A stretch of 64,000 nt of DNA from a virus. Each line of letters begins with the position of its first letter. Position 1 is the first letter of the stretch. Positions 52,301 to 61,500 of this stretch are shown in pieces. The notes below the pieces were generated by a model. It ran no database searches. It was not told the DNA's origin and saw nothing but the letters and a program-made list of their open reading frames with translations. The stretch covers positions 32,001 through 96,000 of IMG/VR virus record IMGVR_UViG_3300045988_017048. The stretch is one strand, 5' to 3'. The position numbers and the translations under genes were made by a program.

Positions 52301-54115
52301 GGTAGCTATACACAGGTAGATAGTAAATTTACTGACCAAATTACAGGCACTGACCCTGTTAGAATTAAGTATAAGTCTACCCCTCATGCTGTGCTAGCCT
52401 TGAACTATACTACATCAGGTGCTCAAAGAATATTACCTAATATTAAGGATGGTGACTTAAATAAAACTTGGCCTGTAAATGCACAGGACTCAAGTGCTCC
52501 AAGTGGCAAGCACATGTATTGGGATAAGTCAGGAAGTGCCAAGAGTGTATCACAAGATACTATTATTACTGGTGCTCTAAGAGGCCCTATATCTACTGTA
52601 TCAAGTATTCAGCATGGATGGCTATGGCTAGGAGAATTGTATAATGACAATGTACAGAATAGGTTTGGTGGTCAAACAGAAGAAGCCTTTGAGAATAACA
52701 TATGGCTACCTTGTGGAGACCCAATTTCTCTTGTAGATACTAATAATAGAGTCAAGAGCAGTGTTACTATCAGGTGGGAGGAAGGTGATACCTATTTCCA
52801 AAGATATGACCATATCAAGACTTATCCATTTACTCTTGAAGACCAGAATGCAGTAACTGATATTGTTTCATTCATGTGTGAAACAAGGGTAAATATTGAT
52901 GGTAGGTATGACAGGAATAGGGGTCAGACAAACAACTTCTCAATAACTCCTGAGAACTTTAACTTAATGAATGATGTATATTCTCAGCCTAATAACTTCT
53001 TTAATTACAGGACAATTAATCCAAACAAATTGAACTTGGATAACTTTCACAATTCAATTACTTGGACTAAGACTAAAACTGCTGGAGAGTTAGTGGACAC
53101 TTGGACTAACATTACTCTTGCATCTACTCTTGACCTTGATGGGGATAAGGGAAATGTAAGGGCACTGAGAAGGTTTAATAACAATATACTTGCTTTCCAA
53201 GATAGAGGTATCAGCCAAATCCTGTATAATGAGAATATGCAGATTTCTTCTACTGATGGGGTTCCTATTGAGATTGCAAACAGTGGAAAGGTTAATGGTA
53301 AGAGATATATCTCTGATAGAATAGGATGCACTAATAAATGGTCTATATGTGAAACATCTAATGGCATTTACTTTATAGATGACATTACAAAAGGCATATT
53401 CTTATTCAATGGTCAGTTGGATAATCTATCAGATAGATTAGGCTTCCACTCTTGGATTAACAGAGCCTCTGATGGTATAGATATATGGAACCCAGTAGAC
53501 TTTGATGGATTTGTTACCTACTATGATAAGGTTAATGGTGATGTATTCTTTATTAGTAAAGATGAGTGTTTAGCATTCTCTGAGCCATTAGGTCAGTTCA
53601 GCTCATTCTATAGTTATGAGAAAATGCCTTACTTCACTAACCTTGAAGACAGAGGAATTGCTATCAATGTTGAAGGTACAGGCACATTATATAAACCTTG
53701 GTTGCATAATGAAGGGGATTACAATATGTTCTTTGGAGTGTATCAACCATTCTATACTACTGTAATAGCCAATCCAGATATGCCTGTAGACAAGATATTT
53801 AATAACCTTGAGTTTAGGTCAGATAGTTGGGATAAGAATGGTAATTTACTTAACACAACATTTGATACTCTAACTGCATGGAATGAATATCAACAAGGTA
53901 CTTCTACTCTAAACAACATCTTAGGAAGACCTTCTGACCTAAAGAAGAAGTTTAGAATCTGGAGAGCTAATATACCAAGAGCCAGTGCTATTGGTTCTGA
54001 TAAGAAAGGTAGGGATAGGATGAGGAATCCTTGGTTATATATTAAGCTGTCTATGGAAAAAGAGAATGTAAACAAGACTGTATTACATGATATGATTGTG
54101 CATTACTTTGAGTAA
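49349..54115 (+). CDS. large tail protein (tail tube/muzzle-type)
   Basis: 1588 aa beta-rich ORF, last gene of the tail operon before the terminator. The role is assigned by size and position, by analogy with crAss-like phages. Confidence 0.6.
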   Translation: MQKQVIFKTKGMQRDLSASAFNSGYSYENKNVRVMPTDESTLLSLINEKGNKKSSIAGVGDYIKGIPIGQALVNDELVIFTAGNDKDSLYTNIKGEELEIDNIAANELTIDIDYPFEDRIYKLWFNNKVLTGERLFRGDLGFNYKHPIETISFYENTDIRKVYWTDGLNQPRVINIAAASDVVSKWNTDSFNFVRTLNLNEKVTIERNIVANGSFAPGVIQYAFTYFDKYGQESNIFYTSPLYYISYNNRGASPEDRVSNSFNIEVTNVDKRFDYIRIYSIHRTSINATPDVKRVVDLAPPTGRSNYKLSSYEINLPANKMTMYRIGSGAEKTLDQYEPSQSGSNYKSWTFDTNKYYSINFGGDYLTWDTGTSFTITIINGKASMQLANNGNMTGTFSMAKVTYTDNGLSGDSVDPTELLYIGGEEVVFGTMAQKDNTLFLGDIKTKRKTLDSTIRSYFKGKSITFSIYNKSISSPEAKGYYPYTNQLKSNSYQFKTFKYLEYYRFGIQMQHYTGKWSEPIWINDVRNTIHIDTTFYDSSNIGLPVAEFTFNDSNIISRLLNQGYIRIRPVVVYPTINDREAICQGILCPTVYNVSDRYGNSPFAQSSWFTRPNAPFDEYKAFHYHQSDKGAWSGDWVKLGQFLGNPSAYSRAGIMSNDRTIVTSEGTQYNIDVVNKGAWAEFRHNKPIPGNSNRNAEIQCIWDPPSDPYVEDTATDSDVASWVSNNAENYYIDQSILTFHSPDIEFDNEVRSIDTSGLKLRIVGMVPLTAFVSDVDIQTSTPVNNFYDSSELPAGFYKEPIGVENDFSYEGSGTHFGDSHFGWRGLISGAFWFDELTAYKKGTGNTDHLTTGFVVYPWHRNGSLNNTKFATDGYRSAMLDKKKMSNMRYSYKSIYLDSVYIWNAYIKGNNIRTGISGVAIFDSNEVSLIRLPAQENSGLTDINYYGNIDKLLTISRVGSKKDGYPIMTTGVQSAETNAHTLFSGSYTQVDSKFTDQITGTDPVRIKYKSTPHAVLALNYTTSGAQRILPNIKDGDLNKTWPVNAQDSSAPSGKHMYWDKSGSAKSVSQDTIITGALRGPISTVSSIQHGWLWLGELYNDNVQNRFGGQTEEAFENNIWLPCGDPISLVDTNNRVKSSVTIRWEEGDTYFQRYDHIKTYPFTLEDQNAVTDIVSFMCETRVNIDGRYDRNRGQTNNFSITPENFNLMNDVYSQPNNFFNYRTINPNKLNLDNFHNSITWTKTKTAGELVDTWTNITLASTLDLDGDKGNVRALRRFNNNILAFQDRGISQILYNENMQISSTDGVPIEIANSGKVNGKRYISDRIGCTNKWSICETSNGIYFIDDITKGIFLFNGQLDNLSDRLGFHSWINRASDGIDIWNPVDFDGFVTYYDKVNGDVFFISKDECLAFSEPLGQFSSFYSYEKMPYFTNLEDRGIAINVEGTGTLYKPWLHNEGDYNMFFGVYQPFYTTVIANPDMPVDKIFNNLEFRSDSWDKNGNLLNTTFDTLTAWNEYQQGTSTLNNILGRPSDLKKKFRIWRANIPRASAIGSDKKGRDRMRNPWLYIKLSMEKENVNKTVLHDMIVHYFE

Positions 54116-54122
54116 TAATAGA

Positions 54123-54161
54123 GGGAGGGTAAGTTAATTACTTATCTTCCCTTTACTTTTT
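54123..54161 (+). terminator. intrinsic terminator
   Basis: 12 bp stem GGGAGGGTAAGT/ACTTATCTTCCC (two G.U pairs) followed by TTTACTTTTT. Confidence 0.7.
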
Positions 54162-54172
54162 GGATAATATCC

Positions 54173-54203
54173 TTGTATAATTCAAATACTTTGTTTATCT
54201 TTG
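54173..54203 (+). promoter_or_regulatory. Bacteroidota-type promoter of the large-protein operon
   Basis: TTG at 54173-54175, a 20 nt spacer, then TATCTTTG at 54196-54203. Confidence 0.6.
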
Positions 54204-54221
54204 CAAACAAATTAGTATGAT

Positions 54222-56774
54222 ATGGCTAAAAGAAAAGTTATAAGAAAGTCTAGCAGACCATTTACATATAACCCTCATTACTATTCTTGGGGTGGTGATT
54301 TCAAGGCTGCTATGGATGGCACAGGTGCATTTGACTTAAAGAGTACTTTTAGTGGAGGCAATGTTGCTAAAATGCTAAAGGGAGGCTTGGCAAGTAGTAT
54401 AGGCAGTGCAGTAGGTAATATTGCAGGTGGTGCTATTGGAGGAGGGCTTGAATCAGGTGCAGGTAGTGCAATTAGTAACATCGGTGGTACTATAGGTGGT
54501 GCAGTAAGTGCAGTTAATCCTGTACTTGGAGGCATCATATCTGCTGGTACTGGTGTTATTGGAGGTCTTACAAACAGGATGTTTGGCTCCAAGTTAAATA
54601 AAGAAAAAATTACTGAAGTTGAAGGAAGCAACAAAGCTATGAATACTGTTATGGTAGATAGTAGTAGTGCTGATTCTATAGAAGGTCAATGGGCTAATCA
54701 AGATTTTGGGGCAGATTTCTCTAAATCAGATATTGGTAAAGATGGTTGGTTCAGCAATAAGGCTAAGAGAAAATATAAAGCATTGAAGAAGCAACAAGAC
54801 ATTGCAAGGAATAGGGCTTTGACTTCTTATGAGAATGCAGCAGATGCAGCAGATACTCAGTCAGACCTTAATGCTATGGCAAATTTTGCTGCCTTTGGTG
54901 GTCCTCTTGGTATATGGGGAGGATATGGAAGTGGAGCAATAGGCTATGAATTGGCTAAGGAGAACTTAGGTATTAAGGCTCTTAATGCTGCAAATAAAGG
55001 TAGATTAACTTCATTACCTAACTCATTTGAATCTCCAGAGTTAAACACATTTGCTGAAGGAGGTAAAATACATATTAAACCCTCTAAGAAAGGAACTTTC
55101 ACAGCAGCAGCTAAAAAGCATGGAAAGTCTGTGCAATCATTTGCTTCACAAGTACTAGCTAATAAAGAGGATTACTCTCCTGCTATGGTGAAGAAGGCTA
55201 ATTTTGCAAGAAATGCTGCTAAATGGAAGCATGCTTTAGGTGGTGAGTTAAATACTAATGGTGCTGACTTTAGTAATGGTCAAATTATTGTAGGTAATGG
55301 TGGAACCCATGAGGAGAATCCAATGGAGGGTGTACCTATGGGAATGGATGCTGAGGGAAACCCAAATCTTGTAGAGCAAGGTGAGGTTATATTCAATGAC
55401 TATGTATTCAGTAATAGGTTATTTGCTGATGGTGGTCTATTGGAGAGTTTTAATCTCCCTAAGTCTTATGATGGACATTCTTTTGCTGCAATAGCAGAGA
55501 AGTTAGGTGATGAATCAAAGGAAAGACCTAATGACCCAATAAGCAAGAGAGGACTTCTAAGTTCTATGTCCAGACTACAACAAGCCCAAGAGACTGTAAG
55601 ACAACAGACCCAAAAAGGTCAAGAAGGAGTACAATATGCTCATGGTGGTAGAATGGGTACATTATTTGATGGTCTTGGTCAGTACCCTAATCATTTATTG
55701 ATTATAGATGATGGAAGTGTTCCTGAAGGTACAATGTTTGACCCTATTAGTAATAAGTATGTATTTACTGGTTATCAAGACTCAGATGCTAACCCATTGA
55801 ACTTTGGTTCAGGAATAACACCATCAGGTGAATGGGTGGAAGAACCTAAATATATGGCAAGGGCTGCTGCTAAGAGCGCAGGATATAATGTAGGAAGCTC
55901 TTTGGATGATTATAATAAAAACCCAATTAAGGCTCCTGAGAAGAAAAAGAGTGCTGTATCAAGATTGCTAAGCAATTTAGATGCTACAGACCTAAGATAT
56001 GCTCCTGTAGTAGGTGCTGCAATAGGATTAGGTCAGAACTTATTTAGTAGACCTGACTATACGAGTGCAGATGCAATATTTGAAGCAGCTAATCAGGCAG
56101 GAAATTATACTCCAATAGGTTATACTCCAATAGGCAACTACTTACAATATAGACCTTTTGATAGAAACTTCTATCTAAATAAACTCAATGCACAAGCAGG
56201 TGCTACAAGAAGGGCTATTATAAATACTACAAGTCCTTCAAGGAATGCAGCCTTACTTGCAGCAGATTATAATGCTCAAGGTATAGTAGGAGACCTTGCA
56301 AGACAGGCTGAAGAGTATAACTTGGCACAAAGACAAGCTGTTGAAACCTTTAATAGAGGTACTAATCAAGCCAATGCTGAGATGGGACTCAAGGCTGCAA
56401 TGGCAAATCAAGAGGCTGCATTAGAGTCAAGAAGTTCAAGACTAAGTGGAGTTGCACAGGCTATGGCAGTAAGAGATGCTGTTGATGCAAGAAGAGGTGC
56501 AAGTATGAGTGCTAACCTTACTAATTTGTTTGACAGTCTTGGTAATATAGGTATTGATGCTTACAATAGAGAGGATAGAGATAAACTAATAAGAGCAGGT
56601 GTGTTTGGTACTTTAAGTGAGAAGCCTCAAGAATGGAGTGATGAAACTTGGAAAGAATATAAAGATTATATAAATAAAAGTTTAGAGAATAAAACTCCTA
56701 AAGTTAAAGGTAAGCAACCCAGTAAAGGTGGGTACTTAACTATTAAGAAAGGAAAACAACATGGCAAATTTTAG
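54222..56774 (+). CDS. virion internal/ejection-type protein with Gly-rich N-terminal repeats
   Basis: 850 aa. Residues about 40-110 are GG/GxxxG repeats (GGLASSIGSAVGNIAGGAIGGGLESGAGSAISNIGGTIGGA...). Confidence 0.6.
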   Translation: MAKRKVIRKSSRPFTYNPHYYSWGGDFKAAMDGTGAFDLKSTFSGGNVAKMLKGGLASSIGSAVGNIAGGAIGGGLESGAGSAISNIGGTIGGAVSAVNPVLGGIISAGTGVIGGLTNRMFGSKLNKEKITEVEGSNKAMNTVMVDSSSADSIEGQWANQDFGADFSKSDIGKDGWFSNKAKRKYKALKKQQDIARNRALTSYENAADAADTQSDLNAMANFAAFGGPLGIWGGYGSGAIGYELAKENLGIKALNAANKGRLTSLPNSFESPELNTFAEGGKIHIKPSKKGTFTAAAKKHGKSVQSFASQVLANKEDYSPAMVKKANFARNAAKWKHALGGELNTNGADFSNGQIIVGNGGTHEENPMEGVPMGMDAEGNPNLVEQGEVIFNDYVFSNRLFADGGLLESFNLPKSYDGHSFAAIAEKLGDESKERPNDPISKRGLLSSMSRLQQAQETVRQQTQKGQEGVQYAHGGRMGTLFDGLGQYPNHLLIIDDGSVPEGTMFDPISNKYVFTGYQDSDANPLNFGSGITPSGEWVEEPKYMARAAAKSAGYNVGSSLDDYNKNPIKAPEKKKSAVSRLLSNLDATDLRYAPVVGAAIGLGQNLFSRPDYTSADAIFEAANQAGNYTPIGYTPIGNYLQYRPFDRNFYLNKLNAQAGATRRAIINTTSPSRNAALLAADYNAQGIVGDLARQAEEYNLAQRQAVETFNRGTNQANAEMGLKAAMANQEAALESRSSRLSGVAQAMAVRDAVDARRGASMSANLTNLFDSLGNIGIDAYNREDRDKLIRAGVFGTLSEKPQEWSDETWKEYKDYINKSLENKTPKVKGKQPSKGGYLTIKKGKQHGKF

Positions 56775-58563
56775 TTTAGTCGTAAATAGCAAATTTAATC
56801 CTTTCTCTTTTGAAAGATACATACAGCCTTATCAGATATATGGACAAGCATATAGAGAGGTAGAAGATACTTTAGGTGAATTAGATACTAAGGCAAGTGT
56901 ATGGGGGGAAATGGCTAATGAACAGACTGACCCTTATGCTTACAAGATGTACAAGACCTATGCAAATGACCTTGAAGAGCAAGCAGGTCAGTTAGCAAGA
57001 GAGGGACTTAATGCTGCAAGTAGAAGGGACATGCTCAATATGAGAGCAAGGTACAGTAAGGAGATAACTCCTATTGAACAAGCTTATACAGCAAGACAGA
57101 AACAAGCAGAGCAACAGCAACAAGCATTATTACAAGACCCAACATTATTATTAAGTAGAAGAGCTTCAACTACAAGCCTTGATGACTACATAAGGAATCC
57201 TCAATTAGCTTATGAAGCATATTCAGGTAAACTAATTACTGCACAGGCTGCAAGTGCTGCATCTGCATTAGCTAAGGAAATGCAAGAGAAACCAAGGAAA
57301 TGGAGAAGCATCTTAGGCAACTCATACTATGAGACTATGATGCAGAAAGGCTTTAGTTCTCAAGCAGTATTACAGGCTATACAGGATAACCCCAATGCTG
57401 CTCCTCAACTTACAAGAATTGTTGAAGATGCCATTAATTCAAGTGGTGTTAGAAACTGGGGAGACCAAGCTACTATTGCAAGGGCTATTGACTATGCTAG
57501 GCAAGGTTTATGGAGTGCAGCTGGTGAGACTCAATACCAGACTCTTGATAATTGGAGGGCTAAGATGGCTGAGCAGGAGGCTATGCAGATTAGGGCAGAG
57601 AAAAGAGCTGCTGCAAGAAAGGCAGAAGAGCAAAAACAAGTCCAACTGAATAATCTTGCTATCAATCCTCTGAATGTCTACAGTAATAGAGAGTTGAGTA
57701 AGGATGAAAAGAAGTATAAGGATAATATGAAGAACTTCTCTAAGTACTTCTATAAAGATAATCATGGTCAAATGAGGATGACTTGGGCTGGCTGGCAAGA
57801 ATATAACAGGAATGCTACCCCAAAAGTAAGAGTAGCATATTCTGACAGTGGTACTGCAAGACTTATGAATGCAGAAACACAGATGCAGAAAAGTAGTAAG
57901 AAATTTACTCCTACTGTATTCAGACAGTTTATGGATAACTTAGGAGCAAATAAAGTTACTAGAGGCAAATGGCTACCTGGAAGTCTTGGTAATGTATGGA
58001 GCAAATATGTTAATTCTTCAGCAGGAAGAACTTCAAGGTATGATGCTACAAGGGTTACTGAGTATGACTATCCTATTGCAGGTGCTCAGCAGGGTGATAT
58101 GAAGGATGCTATTATGACTGCTGGCAGAGGATTAAGTCTGAAAGAAGTAGATTATGATAGCAAGTCCAAGAAATTCAAGGATACAGGTGAGGAAATCACT
58201 ATGGAAGACTTGAAGAGTGATAAGTACAAAGTAACTGCTACAAGGTTCAGTCCCTATGGTAGTACTGTAATGATACAAGATGATAAGGGTAATGTAAGAA
58301 GATTCAGAATGCCTGCTGGTATCAACACAACTAATGAACAGAACAGGGATAAGGCAATGGCTGCTGCAAATCAATGGCAACATGTAGTTAGTACAGGTCA
58401 ATATACTGATGCAAGGGGTAATGTACATCAAGCTACTCCAGATGAAATTACTTATGCTCAGCAACAATATGCTAATTCTATACAGCAAGCCTACTTATTC
58501 CACTCTCAATTAGGAGTACAGAATAAGACAAAAGAACAAGAGTTTAATCCTTATGGATATTAA
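56761..58563 (+). CDS. virion internal/cargo-type protein
   Basis: 600 aa Gln/Ala-rich ORF overlapping the previous gene by 14 nt. Confidence 0.6.
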   Translation: MANFSLVVNSKFNPFSFERYIQPYQIYGQAYREVEDTLGELDTKASVWGEMANEQTDPYAYKMYKTYANDLEEQAGQLAREGLNAASRRDMLNMRARYSKEITPIEQAYTARQKQAEQQQQALLQDPTLLLSRRASTTSLDDYIRNPQLAYEAYSGKLITAQAASAASALAKEMQEKPRKWRSILGNSYYETMMQKGFSSQAVLQAIQDNPNAAPQLTRIVEDAINSSGVRNWGDQATIARAIDYARQGLWSAAGETQYQTLDNWRAKMAEQEAMQIRAEKRAAARKAEEQKQVQLNNLAINPLNVYSNRELSKDEKKYKDNMKNFSKYFYKDNHGQMRMTWAGWQEYNRNATPKVRVAYSDSGTARLMNAETQMQKSSKKFTPTVFRQFMDNLGANKVTRGKWLPGSLGNVWSKYVNSSAGRTSRYDATRVTEYDYPIAGAQQGDMKDAIMTAGRGLSLKEVDYDSKSKKFKDTGEEITMEDLKSDKYKVTATRFSPYGSTVMIQDDKGNVRRFRMPAGINTTNEQNRDKAMAAANQWQHVVSTGQYTDARGNVHQATPDEITYAQQQYANSIQQAYLFHSQLGVQNKTKEQEFNPYGY

Positions 58564-58566
58564 GAT

Positions 58567-61500
58567 ATGGCAAAAGAAACTAAAGTAAAAGATATAGATA
58601 TTACTAAGAGTGGTCCAATGACTTTCAGAGATTTGCAGAAAGCAAATCAAAAGCCATATACTAACCTTAGTCCTGAGTTTCAGTCATTCAGTATGAATGT
58701 AGGAGCAAGCACTGCTCCTACTTCACTGTATGATGCAAGGGCACATGGTGAGCAGATGGTACAATCATCCTTAGAGGGAACTGCTACACCTTGGGGTGAG
58801 AGTACGTTTGATGAGCCTACTACAACTGAGGCACAGTTTCAAGAGTTAGGGGATATAAGAGCTGAGAATCAACCTTGGTATGCACAGATAGGAGCAGGTC
58901 TTGCTAAGGGTGCTATACTTGCAGGTACTACTTTTCTTGATGGTACTTTAGGATTGTTGTTCGGAGGAAAGACTGCTATAGAAGAAGATAGATGGTCTGG
59001 TATTTGGGATAATGATTTCTCTAAGGCTATGCAGTCTGTTAATGAGTGGTCTGAGCAGGCATTGCCTAACTATTACACAAAGGCAGAACAAGAACAGCCT
59101 TGGTATGAAAATATCTTCACTGCTAACTTCTTAGGTGATAAGTTTATCAAGAACTTAGGTTTCACAGTAGGTGCTTTTTATAGTGGTGGTGTTACTGCTG
59201 CTGGATTGAAAGCAACTAAATTACCTCAACTTATTGGTGCTATTGCTAAGTCTTCAAAGGCTCCAGCAATAGTTAATTCTGCTGTAGGTGCTACTATCTC
59301 AGCAGTAAATGAGGGTAGAATTGAAGCACTCAACAATAGTAAGGATTGGTTTGAACTCCATAAAGCACAGCTTGATGATACTTATAGAGATAGGATACAA
59401 GCTATACAGAATAGGTATGAAGATACTAAAGGTACCCTTGTGAGCACAAGAGAAGGTCAAATGGTAGACCCTGCATACATAGAATATCAGAATGCTATAA
59501 AGAAAGAACAGGAGTCTTATAATGCAGCTTTAGGCAAACTGAGTGAGGACAGATTAAAGATGGGTAATGCAGATTTGCTTATGAATATACCTATTCTTAC
59601 TGCATCTAATATAATTCAGTTTGGTAAGTTGTATGCCAATGGATTTAAAACTGCAAGAAGAACTACTAATATAGTAGGCAAAGCAGGGGAATATACTGCT
59701 GGTACTACAAGATTAGGTGCTACTGCTGCAATAACAAAAGGTGCATTATCTGAAGGTAATGAGGAAATATTACAAGTTGCTGCAAGTAGGATAGCAGGTA
59801 ATTATTACTCTACTGATGTAAATAACTTCTATAAGTCAAAGACTGACCCAGAGGCTGCACAAGAGACTTTAAGTTGGACCAAATCATTTGCTGAGGGAAT
59901 TAATGAGACAGTAAATGATGGTTCTGCTTGGGAAGAGTTCTTTATTGGTTCTTTGACAGGTGCATTAGGTATACCAAGATTTAGAGGAGTTAGAAGTGAG
60001 TCAGGCTCACTGCAATCTCCTATTACTATTGAGGGTGGTGCCATAAATGAGTGGAGAGACTATAATGAGAAGATAGCAAGGGAAAATAAGATTGCTAACT
60101 ACATGAATAGTAGGGTAAACTCTCCTGAATTTAAGAACTACTATCAAGGTCTTATCAGGCATAATAAGTATCAGAATGATATGAACAGAGCTGCTGAGAA
60201 AGGTGATGAGTTCAACTTTAAGAATGCAGAACATGCTCAATTAGTATCTGATATTGCCATGTTTGATAATGCAGGTAGAATGGAAGACCTTACTACACTG
60301 ATTGATGCAGCCTTTGATACATCAGATGAAAACCTTGCCTCTATTGTGGAGAATACTACAACTACTCTTGAAGATGGTTCTAAGGTAGGTCCATTTGTTG
60401 ATAAGAATGGTAATCCTATGTATGCTACTCCAGAGGGCAAGCAGGAAATGATAGAGAAGCTACAGCAAAACCATGATGAAATGACCAACACTATCAATAA
60501 TTATCTGAAGATAAAAGATGAGCTTGATATTAAAACAGGTCAGCAATTATCAGATGACCAGCTTGAAGAATTGACATGGATGAAATCTCAGATAGGTAAC
60601 TGGGCTGAAAGGGCAACAGCTATGTCTGGAGAGGTTAAATCAGCTATTGGTAATGTAATAGGTAACTTAGACTATCTACTTAAATTTAATCAACAAGTTA
60701 GAGATTTTGAAGGTCAACATCATGCTGATTTAACTGATAGATATAAACAAGCAGATAAGAATGTAAGAGCCATTGAAGGTGCTATCAACACTCTTAATAT
60801 GGTTAGAGGTCAGGATGATAAGGTATTGGCTCATACATTAGCAACTAATCCTAAGTTTGTAGATGGTCTTATCAAGGAAATTAATGAGGTAGATGAAACT
60901 GTACTTAGTGCAGATGATAAAGAGGATATTACAACTAAATTGAATGATATTGTCAAGTTAGGTAATGCCTCAAAGACATATAATGCAAAGCTGAAAGAGT
61001 ATCTTGAGGACCCTCAAAAGCAAGCAGAAGACCATGCAAAAGCTGATGAGCAAGCTGCACAACAAGAGACTAAGAAGAAGTCTGATGACCTAAAGACATC
61101 TTTGAATGCTGCACAGAACTTACAAGAGTTCAGGAGTACAATAGATGCCCAAGATGATACAGAGAATAGAGATAGAGTCCTAAAAGAACTTGAGGATGAA
61201 GGTAGTGAAATGGCTAAGAGCTACAGAGAAACTTCACAATATAATAATGAAGTGAGAAGAGTTCTTAATGAGTCAGATGCAGAACCACAAGTTAAGCAAG
61301 ATGCTATGAAACTCCTTCAAGACCAATTCAGTAACTCTGAGAATCTTGAACAGTTAGCTAATCCTAACTCAATTTACATTAATAATGAGAATGCCTTTGA
61401 TGAAGATTCTGAGGGTGATGTTGAGTTGTCTGCAACAAGATTCCAAGAAGCTCAATATGAGCTACAGAAGGCTATGTCTCAGGTAAACAATGACAATAGA

